Shown here: one piece after another, positions 18,743-28,615 of the stretch
How positions within the stretch are numbered: the first letter of the stretch is position 1
Layout of the letters: every line of letters begins with the position of its first letter
Assembly: GCA_938034415.1 (NCBI GenBank)
Contig: CALHLE010000030.1
Span: 3,708 to 67,707, forward strand
Length of the DNA stretch: 64,000 nt
DNA from: an uncultured Anaerolineae bacterium
Lineage (GTDB): Bacteria > Chloroflexota > Anaerolineae > J036 > Brachytrichaceae
Reading direction: 5' to 3'
The notes under the pieces: generated by a model
Databases searched by the model: none
What the model was told of the DNA's origin: nothing
Seen by the model: only the letters and a program-made list of their open reading frames with translations
Made by a program: the position numbers and the translations under genes

Positions 18743-19441
18743 TTGCACATGACGCTGCCCAGATCCGTCGGCTACGCCTTCCTCGCCGCGTTACTGTGTG
18801 CCGGGATGGTCGCCGGCGCGCCCTTCGCCGGCCGCTTGGCGCGGCTCGGCATCGCGCGGGCGCGCATGCACCTGCGCATAGCCTGGCGCGCCATCGCGCC
18901 GCTGGCCATGCCGAAATACCTCGACGCCCCACTACAGCGCGCAATTCATGTTCGCGCGCCATCGCGTCCGCCCAGCGTGACCTTCGTGAACGGTCACATG
19001 GACCCTTTCACGCTGGATGAGCTGCGCGGCTATGGGGTGTTGCTGTTCTTCGGCACGCTCGATTGCGACGGAGGATGCTTGCGCGCCCTGGATCAGTTTG
19101 CGCGCGTGAAAGCCGCGCTCGGCGAGCATGCTGCGCGCGTGCGATTCGTGATGATCGGCGTGGACATCGAGCGCGACCGCCCGCGCCCGCTGCTGCGGCT
19201 GGTGCGCTCGTACGACCCAGACTTCATGGCGCTGACGGCAGATGCGCAGACGGTCATGCCTTTCGCGCACAAGCACGGCGTAACCGTGCTGCGGGCATCG
19301 CACTCGACCGGCAACATGCTCGTCCCGCTCACACCCTACATCATCTACTTGAATCCACAAGGCTTGTGGACGATGTGCTTCCCGTTGGGTATGTCGGCGG
19401 AGGAGATCGCCGATGAGATCATTTACTCGCTGGGGTTGTGA
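18743..19441 (+). CDS. SCO family protein
   Basis: FFGTLDCDGGC (CxxxC), VMIGVDIERD, IYLNPQG. Confidence 0.8.
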   Translation: MHMTLPRSVGYAFLAALLCAGMVAGAPFAGRLARLGIARARMHLRIAWRAIAPLAMPKYLDAPLQRAIHVRAPSRPPSVTFVNGHMDPFTLDELRGYGVLLFFGTLDCDGGCLRALDQFARVKAALGEHAARVRFVMIGVDIERDRPRPLLRLVRSYDPDFMALTADAQTVMPFAHKHGVTVLRASHSTGNMLVPLTPYIIYLNPQGLWTMCFPLGMSAEEIADEIIYSLGL

Positions 19442-19445
19442 AGCT

Positions 19446-20999
19446 ATGCGCCGCTCGCCCGGCGCACTGATGATTGCGCTGGCCCTGGCGTGCATCGGTT
19501 TGGGCTTGACCGCGATACTCCAGCCACAGCCGGCCGTCGCATCGCCACGCGCGTGGGTATGGGACCTGCCTCCGCACGTGCCGCCGCCGCGCGTGCCGGA
19601 ATGGAACCCGATGACGCCGGAGAAGTTCGAGCTGGGCCGCTATCTGTTCTACGACGTGCGTCTCTCCGGCAACGGCAGGCAAGCGTGCGCCACATGCCAT
19701 CAGCAGCGCCTAGCCTTCAGCGATGGGCTGCCTCAGAGCATCGGCAGCACCGGCGATGTCCACCCGCGCAACGCGCAGTCGCTCGCCAACGTCGCCTGGT
19801 TCTCGACGCTCACTTGGGCCAACCCGCTGCTCACCGAGCTCGAGAAGCAAATCCCGATCCCGATGTTCGGCGAATTCCCGGTCGAGCTGGGCATCACCGG
19901 CAAAGAGCAGGAAGTGCTCGGCCGCTTCCGCGCAGACCCGCAGTATCGCCGAATGTTCGCGGCGGCCTTCCCCGGCGAAGCCGAGCCGATTACCTGGAAG
20001 AACATCACCTATGCGTTGGCGACGTTCACCCGTGGCCTCACCTCTTTCGATTCGCCCTACGACCGCTACCTGGCCGGCGACCAGGCTGCACTCACCCCGT
20101 CCGCCATCCGCGGCATGCAGCTGTTCTTCTCCGAGGATTTAGAGTGCCATCACTGCCACACCGGTTTCAACCTGAGCGCTTCAACCACCTTCTCCGGCGC
20201 GGTCTTCATCGAACGGCCATTCTTCAACACCGGCCTGTACAACATTGACGGCAAGGGCGCCTACCCACCGGACAATGAGGGCGTAAAGGAATTGACCAAC
20301 GATCCAACCGACATGGGGCGCTTCCGGCCGCCGTCGCTGCGCAACGTGGCGCTCACCGCGCCTTATATGCACGACGGCAGCATAGCCACCTTAGAGGAGG
20401 TGATCCGCTTCTACGAGCGCGGCGGGCGCAAGATCGTCAGCGGGCCGTATGCCGGCGATGGACGGCTCAGCCCGTTGAAGAGTGGCCTGGTGTCCGGCTT
20501 CACGCTCACCGACGCGCAGCGACGAGATTTGATCGCTTTCCTGGAAAGCTTAACCGATTGGCAGTTCGTTACGAACCCGCGCTTCAGCGACCCCTTTGCG
20601 CCCGCACCGGCGATCCAGGCTACCCCCGCGCCGCGCCCGGCTGCGACGCCGATGGCCATCGCGCCATCGCCCACCGCGTTGCCGGTCTTCAGCCGGCAGG
20701 AATATCGCGCGCGCCTGAATGCCATAGTTGCAGACCTCGGCGTACTGAGCCGGTCAGTGCGGCGCGGAGACCGCGCTGCAGCGCAGCGCCTGGGGCGCCA
20801 GGTGCACGATCGCTTGCACGCCCTCCGCGCCACGTCGCAGCAACTCCGAGTCGGCGATGCGCACGACCGCGCCGAGGAGCATCTGCATGGTCAAGTGCTC
20901 GCTCGACTCACCGAAGCAGATGTCCGACCGGCGACCCTGGCTGCGTCCATCCGCGACCTGCAAGCCATGCTGCGCGCGATGGCAAAAGCCGCAAGTTGA
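19446..20999 (+). CDS. mbnH: MbnH family di-heme enzyme with C-terminal extension
   Basis: ELGRYLFYD, CATCH, CHHCH, FFNTGLYN, FRPPSLRNVALTAPYMHDGS; in an operon with mbnP. Confidence 0.88.
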   Translation: MRRSPGALMIALALACIGLGLTAILQPQPAVASPRAWVWDLPPHVPPPRVPEWNPMTPEKFELGRYLFYDVRLSGNGRQACATCHQQRLAFSDGLPQSIGSTGDVHPRNAQSLANVAWFSTLTWANPLLTELEKQIPIPMFGEFPVELGITGKEQEVLGRFRADPQYRRMFAAAFPGEAEPITWKNITYALATFTRGLTSFDSPYDRYLAGDQAALTPSAIRGMQLFFSEDLECHHCHTGFNLSASTTFSGAVFIERPFFNTGLYNIDGKGAYPPDNEGVKELTNDPTDMGRFRPPSLRNVALTAPYMHDGSIATLEEVIRFYERGGRKIVSGPYAGDGRLSPLKSGLVSGFTLTDAQRRDLIAFLESLTDWQFVTNPRFSDPFAPAPAIQATPAPRPAATPMAIAPSPTALPVFSRQEYRARLNAIVADLGVLSRSVRRGDRAAAQRLGRQVHDRLHALRATSQQLRVGDAHDRAEEHLHGQVLARLTEADVRPATLAASIRDLQAMLRAMAKAAS

Positions 21000-21047
21000 T
21001 TTCGAGGGGCGCGCATGGTGAAGCCGCACGCCCCATCGGTAGATGCG

Positions 21048-24000
21048 CTAACGCTCGATCGCAAACATCGCGCCGTCGCTCCGTCCAAAGACTTCGGGGA
21101 AGTAGGTCTGCTCGGCCGATGCCGGCATCACCTTGAACTGGCCGACGATGCTGGGCCGAATGACGTAGGTGTATTCGTAGGTGCCGGCGGGCAAGTAGCC
21201 GGCGAAGACGGCCACGCGGTCGTCGTAGATTTCGCGGTGGGTGAAGTACCACCAGCCCCAACCCACCTTGCTGCCAAAGGCAGGCACCGGGGGCAAGGCA
21301 TCTTGAACCAGCGTTTGGCTAGTCCGCAGCGAGGTGTCCACTACCTCGGCGCCGGCCGGCAGCGGGTCGGTGACGCGCACGTAGTACAGCTCGCTCGGCG
21401 CGACGATGGTGAGTCGCACGCGCACGTTCTGCCCGACTTTTGCGCCGGTGATCGCCGGGCATAGCTTATCCGGCGACGGCGCGCAGTCGGCCGGCTCATA
21501 CTTGCGCGCGATCACGATGCCGCGATTGACGGCCGGCGCCGAATCGGCGGGCAGATAGGCGCGCAGGCGCGCGGTGTAATACAGGCGTCCCTCGCCCGCG
21601 CCGCGCTCGAAGGCCAGCTCATTGGCCTGCGCGCGCAACAGATTCCCGACGGGAACCACGACTTCCGCCGACCCGCCTTGCGGGTTAGCCTGGCCGCGCA
21701 TCAGGCTCTGGTCGTTCAGCGTCGCCCGCCAATCGAAGGCGCTGCGGCGCTCATCGGTCGCCTGGATCCATTCGGCGAAGGCGACGATCGCCCACTCGGT
21801 CTCCTGCGTAGTGGACCAGCCGCTGCCGCTGCGCGCGGCCATTAGCCAGCGCACGACGTTAGGCGCGAGGGCGCTGCGCGCATCGAGTCGCGCAAGAGCC
21901 GCCAGCACGATGGCCGTGCTGCGCGTGTCGCTGAAGAAATTAGCCCAGTCGCGCTCGCGCTCTTGCCATGAAACGCCAGTTGCGCTGGTGATCGCTGCGG
22001 ACTGGATGTCCGCCAGCAGGGTCTTGATTCGGCTATCGCCGGGGTTCACCTTGTCCTGGGCCATGGCCAGCAGCGCCTGGCCGTAGTGGCTGAGCTTGGC
22101 GCGGCTTTCGTAGAGCGCGCCCAACCGGCCGCTGTCGCCGCGTTGGGCCTCGGCCTGCGCGAACAAGATGTAAGCCTGCCGATTGGCGGCAGTCGCATCG
22201 GTCAGCGCGCTGGGCGGCTTGAGCTGCTCGCTCAGGTAGTTGAGCGCGCGATTCAGCGTGCCCTCGTCCACCAGGAAGCCGGCCTGCCGTGCGCGCGCCA
22301 TAGCCAGCACGACATGGGCGCTGACCATCGGATCGCTCACATTGCCGCCCCACCATCCCCAGCCGCCGTCGCTGTTTTGCTGTCCGTAGAGACGTTGCAA
22401 CGTCGCTGCGACGTTATTCTGCAACGCGGCGAGGTCGTCGGCCTGGACGCCGGCCTGCGCCAGCGCCAGGCGCGCGATCAAGCGTGAGGCCGCCCAGTCG
22501 GCGCTCTCATAGGGATGGGCTTCCAGCGCCTCCACGCCCTTCGCCGCGGCAGCGCCGAGGCCGGTATCCACGCGGACGGTCAAATCGCCCTGGCCGGTGT
22601 CCAGCCGTGGCGGCAGCGCAATCAGCTCGAGCTTGCGCCCCGGCTCGCCCAGGTCGCCCGCCGTGCCGACCGTCTCCGGCGCAGCATAGCGCAGGATAGG
22701 GATACCGTTCGGCGCGCCGAAGACGCCGGGCTGCGCGCTATCCTGTAAGCCGCCGCCGGCCACCGTCATGGTGATCTCGGACGAGGCCGCCGCGCCGATC
22801 GGCGGCTCCTGCACGGTCACCGTCCAATCCACGCGCGCAGCGCTGCCGGCCTTCACGTTGACCCGCTGGATGGCGCTTCCCCCGATCAGCGTGAGGCCGG
22901 TGGAGACGAGGGCGACCCGCGCGTCGAGGTCGGCGGTGGTGTTGTTGTTCACCACTGCGCCGATGGTGACCGTGTCGCCGGCGACGAAGAAGCGCGGGGT
23001 CACCGGCCGCACGAGCAGCGGTTTGGTCGCTACGACCTCGTTGATCGCCTCGCCCACGCGAGTATCGGGAGTGATGGCGCGCGCGGTCATCCGCCACGTG
23101 GTCAGGTTGTCGGGCAGGATGATCTGCACGCGCGCCCGGCCGTCGGCGCCGGTCTGCACCACGGCGTTCCAGTAGGCGGTGTCCTTGAAGTTGCGGCGGG
23201 TGAATTGCGCGTCGGCAAGCGCTTCGCCGCCTCCGCCGCCGCCTTTGGCTTCGGCCGCCGTCACCTTGGCGGTGATGCGATCTACGTTCACGTTGAGCGT
23301 GCTGGCCGTGCGCACGCTGAGCGGGCGCCGGCCGTAGAACGCATCGAGGATCGGCTCGACGTTCGGCTCGGCTAGGCTGAGCACGGCTTTATCCACCAGG
23401 GCCAGCGACAGTTCGGCCTGCACCGGCTGGCCGGCCACATCGGTCACGCGGATGTCATAGGTGGCCGTGTCGCGCGGAGCGTACTGCGTCCGGTCGGGGG
23501 TAATCTCGACGTTCAGGGCGAATTGCGCCGGATCCACCGCGAACTGGGTGTAGCCTAAGCGATAGGCCGGCACGGGGTTGTCGCCGCTCACCCCTTTGAC
23601 GAGCATTACCGAGACGTAGACGTTCGGCGCGAAACTCGGCTCGATAGGGATGTCGAGCACGTCGCTGTTGCTGCGCAGGGTGAGGGTCTTGCGTTGGATG
23701 AAGCCGCTGCGCTCAATCGTCAGCAGCGCAGTGGCTGCGCCCTGGAAGGGCGACGGCACCAGCACGCGCGCCGTCTCGCCCACTTGGTAGCTGGGCTTGT
23801 CGGCCTTCAGCTCGATGCGGTCGTTGTTCTCGATGCGCCAGGCCACATAGGCGCGATCCGACGAGACGTAGACTGACGCGCCGGCAGCCACGGCCGGCGC
23901 GTCAGCGGCGGGGGCGGCGGCGACGATGTGATATTCGCCGCCCTCCTGCGGCCGGAAGCCGGCCACCGCCCGGCCTTCCGCATCGGTCGTGACGGTGATC

Positions 24001-27000
24001 GAGAACACCTCGGTGTCGCTGGGCAGGGAGGTGTAGTACAAACCACCGTAAGGATCCTGCTCCTGCGTGGTGAACCACTCGCGGCGGTTGAACGAAACGA
24101 TGACCGGCCGGTTCGGCATAGGCCGACCGTCCCAATCCAACGAGATTACCTCGGCCACGACTTCTTGGCCGGCGCTGAAGACATAGCCGCGCGGCGCAAC
24201 GCCGATGTAGGACAAGCCTTTGTGCGCAACGACGGCGACCCGCGCCGAGACGCTCTGGTCATTGACATCAGTCACGCTCGCCTCCAGGGTAAAGCGCGCG
24301 CTGGTCTTGCGCTTGCCGAGGTCGGCCGGCAAGCGCAGCGTGAAGCGGCCCTGCGCGTCGGTGACGCCCTCGCCGCCGGCGATCAACTCGCTGAAGCCGA
24401 AGAAGCGGCGCGGGCTGTAGTCGAAGTCGCCAAAGGTATAGCCGCCTGCGCCGGTGTAGCGGTCGAAGAAGTAATCCGTCGCAAGCAACGACCAGCGCAC
24501 CTTCGCGCCGGCCACATTCCCGCCAAAGAAGTATTTGGCGTCGAAGGTGGCGTTGATCGTCTCGCCGTCGAGGTAGTCGGCCTTGTCCGCTGCGGCCGTC
24601 ACCTCGAATTCCGGCGCGCGATACGCGGCGACGAGAAACGAAACGCCGTAGTAGCTGCACGGCGGATCATCTTTATTCGGATTTGGCCTGGGAACACAGA
24701 CCTGGATGTAGTACTGGCCGGTAGATGCGCCGTTGTCTAGGGCGAACTGGCCGTTGAAGCCGCCGTTGGCGTCCAGCGGCGCGGTCGCGCTGAACACCTG
24801 TTGCCCTTGGCCGTTGAAGATGGCAAGGCCGACCTGGGTCACATCTGCCGGTATTGCATAGCGCGCGTCGTCGTCGCGCCGCACGATGCCCTTATAGAAC
24901 ACCATCTGACCGGGGCGATAGATCGGGCGGTCGGTGTAAACGTAGGCGAAGAACGGCTCGGCCTGGTAGCGTCCGGGCAGGTTGAAGTCGTAGATGTTGA
25001 TGCCGTAGGACATCTCGCTCCAGGCGACGCCAAATGGGCCTGATGCGCCCGGCTCGCCCACCAGCGCGTAGAGCGTTTGGTAGGGTCGGTAGCTCTCAGG
25101 GAAGATGACAAAGGCTTGGCCGGCTTCCTCGCCGGCGCCGGTGACGCCGGAAGCGATCTCGGCGAACGCAGCGTCGCGGAAGGAGACGGCCACGCCCGGT
25201 AATGGCGCGCCCGTGTTCAAGTTCGTCACCCAGGCCAACCCTTCGCGGTCACCGCGCTTTAGGCCAATGTGCACATTGGTGACGATGAGGATGTGACGCA
25301 CAGGCTGGAATTCGCGGTCAAGGGCGACCAACTCCGGCGCGCTCACTTCGAGCAGGTAGATGCCGGTCGGTAATGCGCCGCCGTCCTCGCTCAGCAAAGC
25401 CTTGTAATTGGCCGATTCGTTCAAGCCGGCCGATGTCATCGCCGACCACCGCCGCACTATCTGATCGGCATTGGGCTGGAAGGCGCGCAGGTTTCTATAC
25501 GAGTCGAACGCGCCGGTGAGGTCGTAGAACTGTTGCGGCGTGAGCGACGCCAGCGCGAAATCCAATCGGGTGACGTTGCGATGGAACACGAACAACTGCG
25601 TAGGCTGCGCAGCGTTGTATGTGCCGATCAATCCATCGCTCTGCACGATCACCAGCGGCGGCAGCGGGCCGGTCGAGAAGCGCACCTCAACATCCTGGCC
25701 GATCTTGACGCCGTAGATGTCGGTTGCATCGCCGCCGATGCGCGCGCGATAAGCCGTGGACGGCTTGAGGTTGACGTTGAGCACGAACTCGTTGCTGAAC
25801 TCGTCGTAGTAGCTGTATACACCAGTCAGCGTGACCGGTGGATCGAACGACAAATTCGCAATGACGGTGGGCACGGACATCGGCGCGCTGAAGCGGATGG
25901 AGAAGCCGTCGTCGGCCAGAGCGCGATCTTGGCCGTTGGCCGGGCGCGTGCTCACCACGGACGGCAGGGGGACGGTTCGGAAGGTCGTAGCCACCTCGTT
26001 AAACGTCGCGCCCGATCCGACGGCAGCGCGCGCGCCGGCTTTCACGCGCACCGTATAGGTCTGTCCGCGCTGATAGTCCTCTGCGGGCACGAAGGCCATC
26101 ACCTCGCCGGCAGTTTGCCGGGTCGGCATAGGCGAAGATTCGCCGGGCTGCCCTGATGCGAACGCATCGGGCGGCGACTCATCGGCCCAGCGGAACGACC
26201 CGCGCACCGGCGGCTCGATGACGAACGCGGCTTCGGCGCTCGCGCGATCCATCCTCTGGCTGAACGTGACGCTGATGGGCTGACGCAGGCCGATGTTCTC
26301 CGCGCCCTCCGAAGGCGTGATGAACTTGACGACCGGCGCAGCTACGCTGAACGTCCAAGCGTAGTCGCGCTCCAGCAGCGCGCCCGTAGTGTCTCGCAGG
26401 CCGGCTGCGACGCGGCCCTCGTAGATCGCGCCGGCTTGCAGCGGCCGCGATGGCTGAAAGACGTAGATGCTGGTGTTGAGCCACCGCCCACGGCCGGGGA
26501 TCGGCGGATTGAACGTAACCGGCGTGGGCAGGCCGGCCTGCTGGTCGAGCAGGGTCAGCGAAACCACCGGCCGGTTGAACAGCACGGTGATCGTCGCGTC
26601 GGCGGCGACATCTTGCGCGCCGGCGGCGGGGATAGTCTGCGCGACGGCCAGCGCGCCGATGGTGTTGACGATGAACGACTCCGGCCGGGCCAGCGCCAGC
26701 CCCTTGGCGCTCCGCGCGTCGCTTGAAAGCGAGACGGTGTAGCGCGCCGCGCGCGCCCAGTTCTGGCTCGGCTTGAACACGGCGCGGTTGTCGCCCGTCC
26801 ATTCGAGTTTGCCAGCGACGGCGACGCCGTCGCTGCTCTGCACGCTCAGGGCGCGTTCCACCGAGCGCCGGTCCATCGGTTGGTCGAAGATCAATTCGAT
26901 GGGCTTGTCCACCGGCAGCTCCTCGCCTTGGACGGGGGCGCGGTCCACCAGAATAGGGTTGGCGAGCGGCCTCGGCGTGGGCGATGGTCTAGGCGTCGCA

Positions 27001-27128
27001 GGTGGGTTGATCTGAGCGGTGATCTGCGGCGTGACGCTCGGCTCAGGCGCGGGTTGGTTGCACCCGGCTATCGAGATCGAAGCGGCAAGCACAAGGCTCA
27101 CCATACGGGCTGGCAAATATCTACGCAT
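21048..27128 (-). CDS. Alpha-2-macroglobulin family lipoprotein with N-terminal Ig-like domains
   Basis: Lipobox SIAG|C, repeated FDQPM/FNRPV/FSQRM/FSAPM Ig-like units, YTDRPIYRPG, FKDTAYW, PDNLTTW, DGGWGWW, AEQTYFPEVFGRS. Confidence 0.93.
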   Translation of the reverse strand: MRRYLPARMVSLVLAASISIAGCNQPAPEPSVTPQITAQINPPATPRPSPTPRPLANPILVDRAPVQGEELPVDKPIELIFDQPMDRRSVERALSVQSSDGVAVAGKLEWTGDNRAVFKPSQNWARAARYTVSLSSDARSAKGLALARPESFIVNTIGALAVAQTIPAAGAQDVAADATITVLFNRPVVSLTLLDQQAGLPTPVTFNPPIPGRGRWLNTSIYVFQPSRPLQAGAIYEGRVAAGLRDTTGALLERDYAWTFSVAAPVVKFITPSEGAENIGLRQPISVTFSQRMDRASAEAAFVIEPPVRGSFRWADESPPDAFASGQPGESSPMPTRQTAGEVMAFVPAEDYQRGQTYTVRVKAGARAAVGSGATFNEVATTFRTVPLPSVVSTRPANGQDRALADDGFSIRFSAPMSVPTVIANLSFDPPVTLTGVYSYYDEFSNEFVLNVNLKPSTAYRARIGGDATDIYGVKIGQDVEVRFSTGPLPPLVIVQSDGLIGTYNAAQPTQLFVFHRNVTRLDFALASLTPQQFYDLTGAFDSYRNLRAFQPNADQIVRRWSAMTSAGLNESANYKALLSEDGGALPTGIYLLEVSAPELVALDREFQPVRHILIVTNVHIGLKRGDREGLAWVTNLNTGAPLPGVAVSFRDAAFAEIASGVTGAGEEAGQAFVIFPESYRPYQTLYALVGEPGASGPFGVAWSEMSYGINIYDFNLPGRYQAEPFFAYVYTDRPIYRPGQMVFYKGIVRRDDDARYAIPADVTQVGLAIFNGQGQQVFSATAPLDANGGFNGQFALDNGASTGQYYIQVCVPRPNPNKDDPPCSYYGVSFLVAAYRAPEFEVTAAADKADYLDGETINATFDAKYFFGGNVAGAKVRWSLLATDYFFDRYTGAGGYTFGDFDYSPRRFFGFSELIAGGEGVTDAQGRFTLRLPADLGKRKTSARFTLEASVTDVNDQSVSARVAVVAHKGLSYIGVAPRGYVFSAGQEVVAEVISLDWDGRPMPNRPVIVSFNRREWFTTQEQDPYGGLYYTSLPSDTEVFSITVTTDAEGRAVAGFRPQEGGEYHIVAAAPAADAPAVAAGASVYVSSDRAYVAWRIENNDRIELKADKPSYQVGETARVLVPSPFQGAATALLTIERSGFIQRKTLTLRSNSDVLDIPIEPSFAPNVYVSVMLVKGVSGDNPVPAYRLGYTQFAVDPAQFALNVEITPDRTQYAPRDTATYDIRVTDVAGQPVQAELSLALVDKAVLSLAEPNVEPILDAFYGRRPLSVRTASTLNVNVDRITAKVTAAEAKGGGGGGEALADAQFTRRNFKDTAYWNAVVQTGADGRARVQIILPDNLTTWRMTARAITPDTRVGEAINEVVATKPLLVRPVTPRFFVAGDTVTIGAVVNNNTTADLDARVALVSTGLTLIGGSAIQRVNVKAGSAARVDWTVTVQEPPIGAAASSEITMTVAGGGLQDSAQPGVFGAPNGIPILRYAAPETVGTAGDLGEPGRKLELIALPPRLDTGQGDLTVRVDTGLGAAAAKGVEALEAHPYESADWAASRLIARLALAQAGVQADDLAALQNNVAATLQRLYGQQNSDGGWGWWGGNVSDPMVSAHVVLAMARARQAGFLVDEGTLNRALNYLSEQLKPPSALTDATAANRQAYILFAQAEAQRGDSGRLGALYESRAKLSHYGQALLAMAQDKVNPGDSRIKTLLADIQSAAITSATGVSWQERERDWANFFSDTRSTAIVLAALARLDARSALAPNVVRWLMAARSGSGWSTTQETEWAIVAFAEWIQATDERRSAFDWRATLNDQSLMRGQANPQGGSAEVVVPVGNLLRAQANELAFERGAGEGRLYYTARLRAYLPADSAPAVNRGIVIARKYEPADCAPSPDKLCPAITGAKVGQNVRVRLTIVAPSELYYVRVTDPLPAGAEVVDTSLRTSQTLVQDALPPVPAFGSKVGWGWWYFTHREIYDDRVAVFAGYLPAGTYEYTYVIRPSIVGQFKVMPASAEQTYFPEVFGRSDGAMFAIER

Positions 27129-27313
27129 GAGATTCGCGCAAAAGCACTGTTCCCTCTCAACAACGCGTCTTGTGCTCAGGACGCGAGACACGCCTGCGAT
27201 GGGGGCGACGGTCACGCATTAGTGCCGCAAGCAAGCGGATTATCCCCCAATAGCGCGACGATTCAAGCGCGCTTGCGCAGCGCGCGTCATTCATCCGCTA
27301 GAATGCGCTCACG

Positions 27314-27964
27314 ATGGTTGAACGCCTCAACCGCTTTGCCTCCGGCTTCGAGCGCCACTGGCTGGCCGTCCTAGTCGGCATCTTGCTGACCTATTCGCTG
27401 CTGCCGTTCGGCGCGCCGGTCTTGAAGAGGCTCGGCCTGGATGCGCCGGCGCAGATAATCTACCAGCCGTACAAGCTGATGTGTCACACCTACGGCTTCC
27501 GCTCGTTCTTCCTGTTCGGCGAGCGATTCGTCTATAGCCGCTCCGAATTCGAGCAGGCGTCGGGCATAGACACCGGCACATTCGTCGGCCTGTTGCAGGC
27601 GCGCGACTTCCAAGGCGACGCGCGCATGGGCTACAAGGTCGCGCTCTGCCAGCGCGATGTGGCGATCTACTTCGCGATGGGCGTCAACGGCATCGCTTAC
27701 GCGCTGGTGCGCCGCCGCGCCCGGCCCATGCCTTGGCCGCTGTTCGTGCTGATCGGCGTCGTGCCTATCGGCGTTGATGGGTTCTCTCAGTTGCTCAGCC
27801 AGCCCCCGTTCAACCTTTTACCCTACCGCGAGAGCACATGGGGGCTGCGCCTGATCACCGGCGCGTTGTTCGGATTCAGCCTGGCGTGGCTGATCTTCCC
27901 GCTGCTTGAAAGCGCATTCAGGCCGCTGCCGGCGGCGCCGCGCGCTGCCGCGCGCAGCGATTGA
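27314..27964 (+). CDS. DUF2085 membrane protein
   Basis: CHTYGFRSFF, ALCQRDVAIY, PIGVDGFSQ, RLITGALFG. Confidence 0.8.
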   Translation: MVERLNRFASGFERHWLAVLVGILLTYSLLPFGAPVLKRLGLDAPAQIIYQPYKLMCHTYGFRSFFLFGERFVYSRSEFEQASGIDTGTFVGLLQARDFQGDARMGYKVALCQRDVAIYFAMGVNGIAYALVRRRARPMPWPLFVLIGVVPIGVDGFSQLLSQPPFNLLPYRESTWGLRLITGALFGFSLAWLIFPLLESAFRPLPAAPRAAARSD

Positions 27965-27968
27965 GGTC

Positions 27969-28547
27969 ATGCACGTGCAAACGCGCTCCTTCCCTCTCGG
28001 CTTGGTCTTGCTCAGCGCAGCCGCAGCGCTGGTCGGCGTCGGGCTGGCGGCGCTGGTTTTGAGCAGCAGCGGCGCAGCGCAGCAGAGCGGGCTGCCGATC
28101 CTTTCCCCATCCACGCGCACGCTGCTGCGCGAAGGCGCGCCGGCGCCGGAGTTTACGCTCGAGACGCTCGACGGCCGTCCGGTCGCACTGTCCGACCTGC
28201 GCGGCAAGGCGGCGCTGATCAACTTCTGGGCGTCCTGGTGCCCGCCGTGCTTGGAGGAGACGCCGGCGTTGATCGCCGCCTACGACGAACTCAAACGGAC
28301 GAACCCCAACGTCGAGTTCATCGGCATCGGCACAAATGACGATCGCGCCAACCTGGAGAAGTTCGTCGAGAACAACCGCATCCCCTATATCATCGTCGAA
28401 GACTCCGATGGCAAGGTGAGCGACGCCTACGGCGTGCTCGGCATGCCGACTACGGTGTTCATTGATGGCAATGGCATCGTGCGCCGGGTGTGGAACGGCG
28501 CAATCAAGAAAGAACAGGTCATTGAAATTATGCGCGGGATCAGATAG
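27969..28547 (+). CDS. TlpA/ResA family membrane-anchored thiol-disulfide oxidoreductase
   Basis: N-terminal TM, INFWASWCPPC, YGVLGMPTTVFID. Confidence 0.92.
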   Translation: MHVQTRSFPLGLVLLSAAAALVGVGLAALVLSSSGAAQQSGLPILSPSTRTLLREGAPAPEFTLETLDGRPVALSDLRGKAALINFWASWCPPCLEETPALIAAYDELKRTNPNVEFIGIGTNDDRANLEKFVENNRIPYIIVEDSDGKVSDAYGVLGMPTTVFIDGNGIVRRVWNGAIKKEQVIEIMRGIR

Positions 28548-28615
28548 ACGTATCCAGTAATACACGCATCGGCAATTAAAGAGCAATCCGTATTCAGTAG
28601 TTCGACTCGTTGCCT

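Noticed and set aside
15351-20999. Methanobactin biosynthetic cluster
   Set aside because: No mbnA precursor, mbnB/mbnC or MATE exporter is visible; only the mbnP/mbnH pair.
11363-28547. Additional hidden selenoproteins among the redox genes
   Set aside because: All CxxC motifs inspected (PDO, TrxB, glutaredoxin, TlpA) are Cys-encoded in uninterrupted frames.
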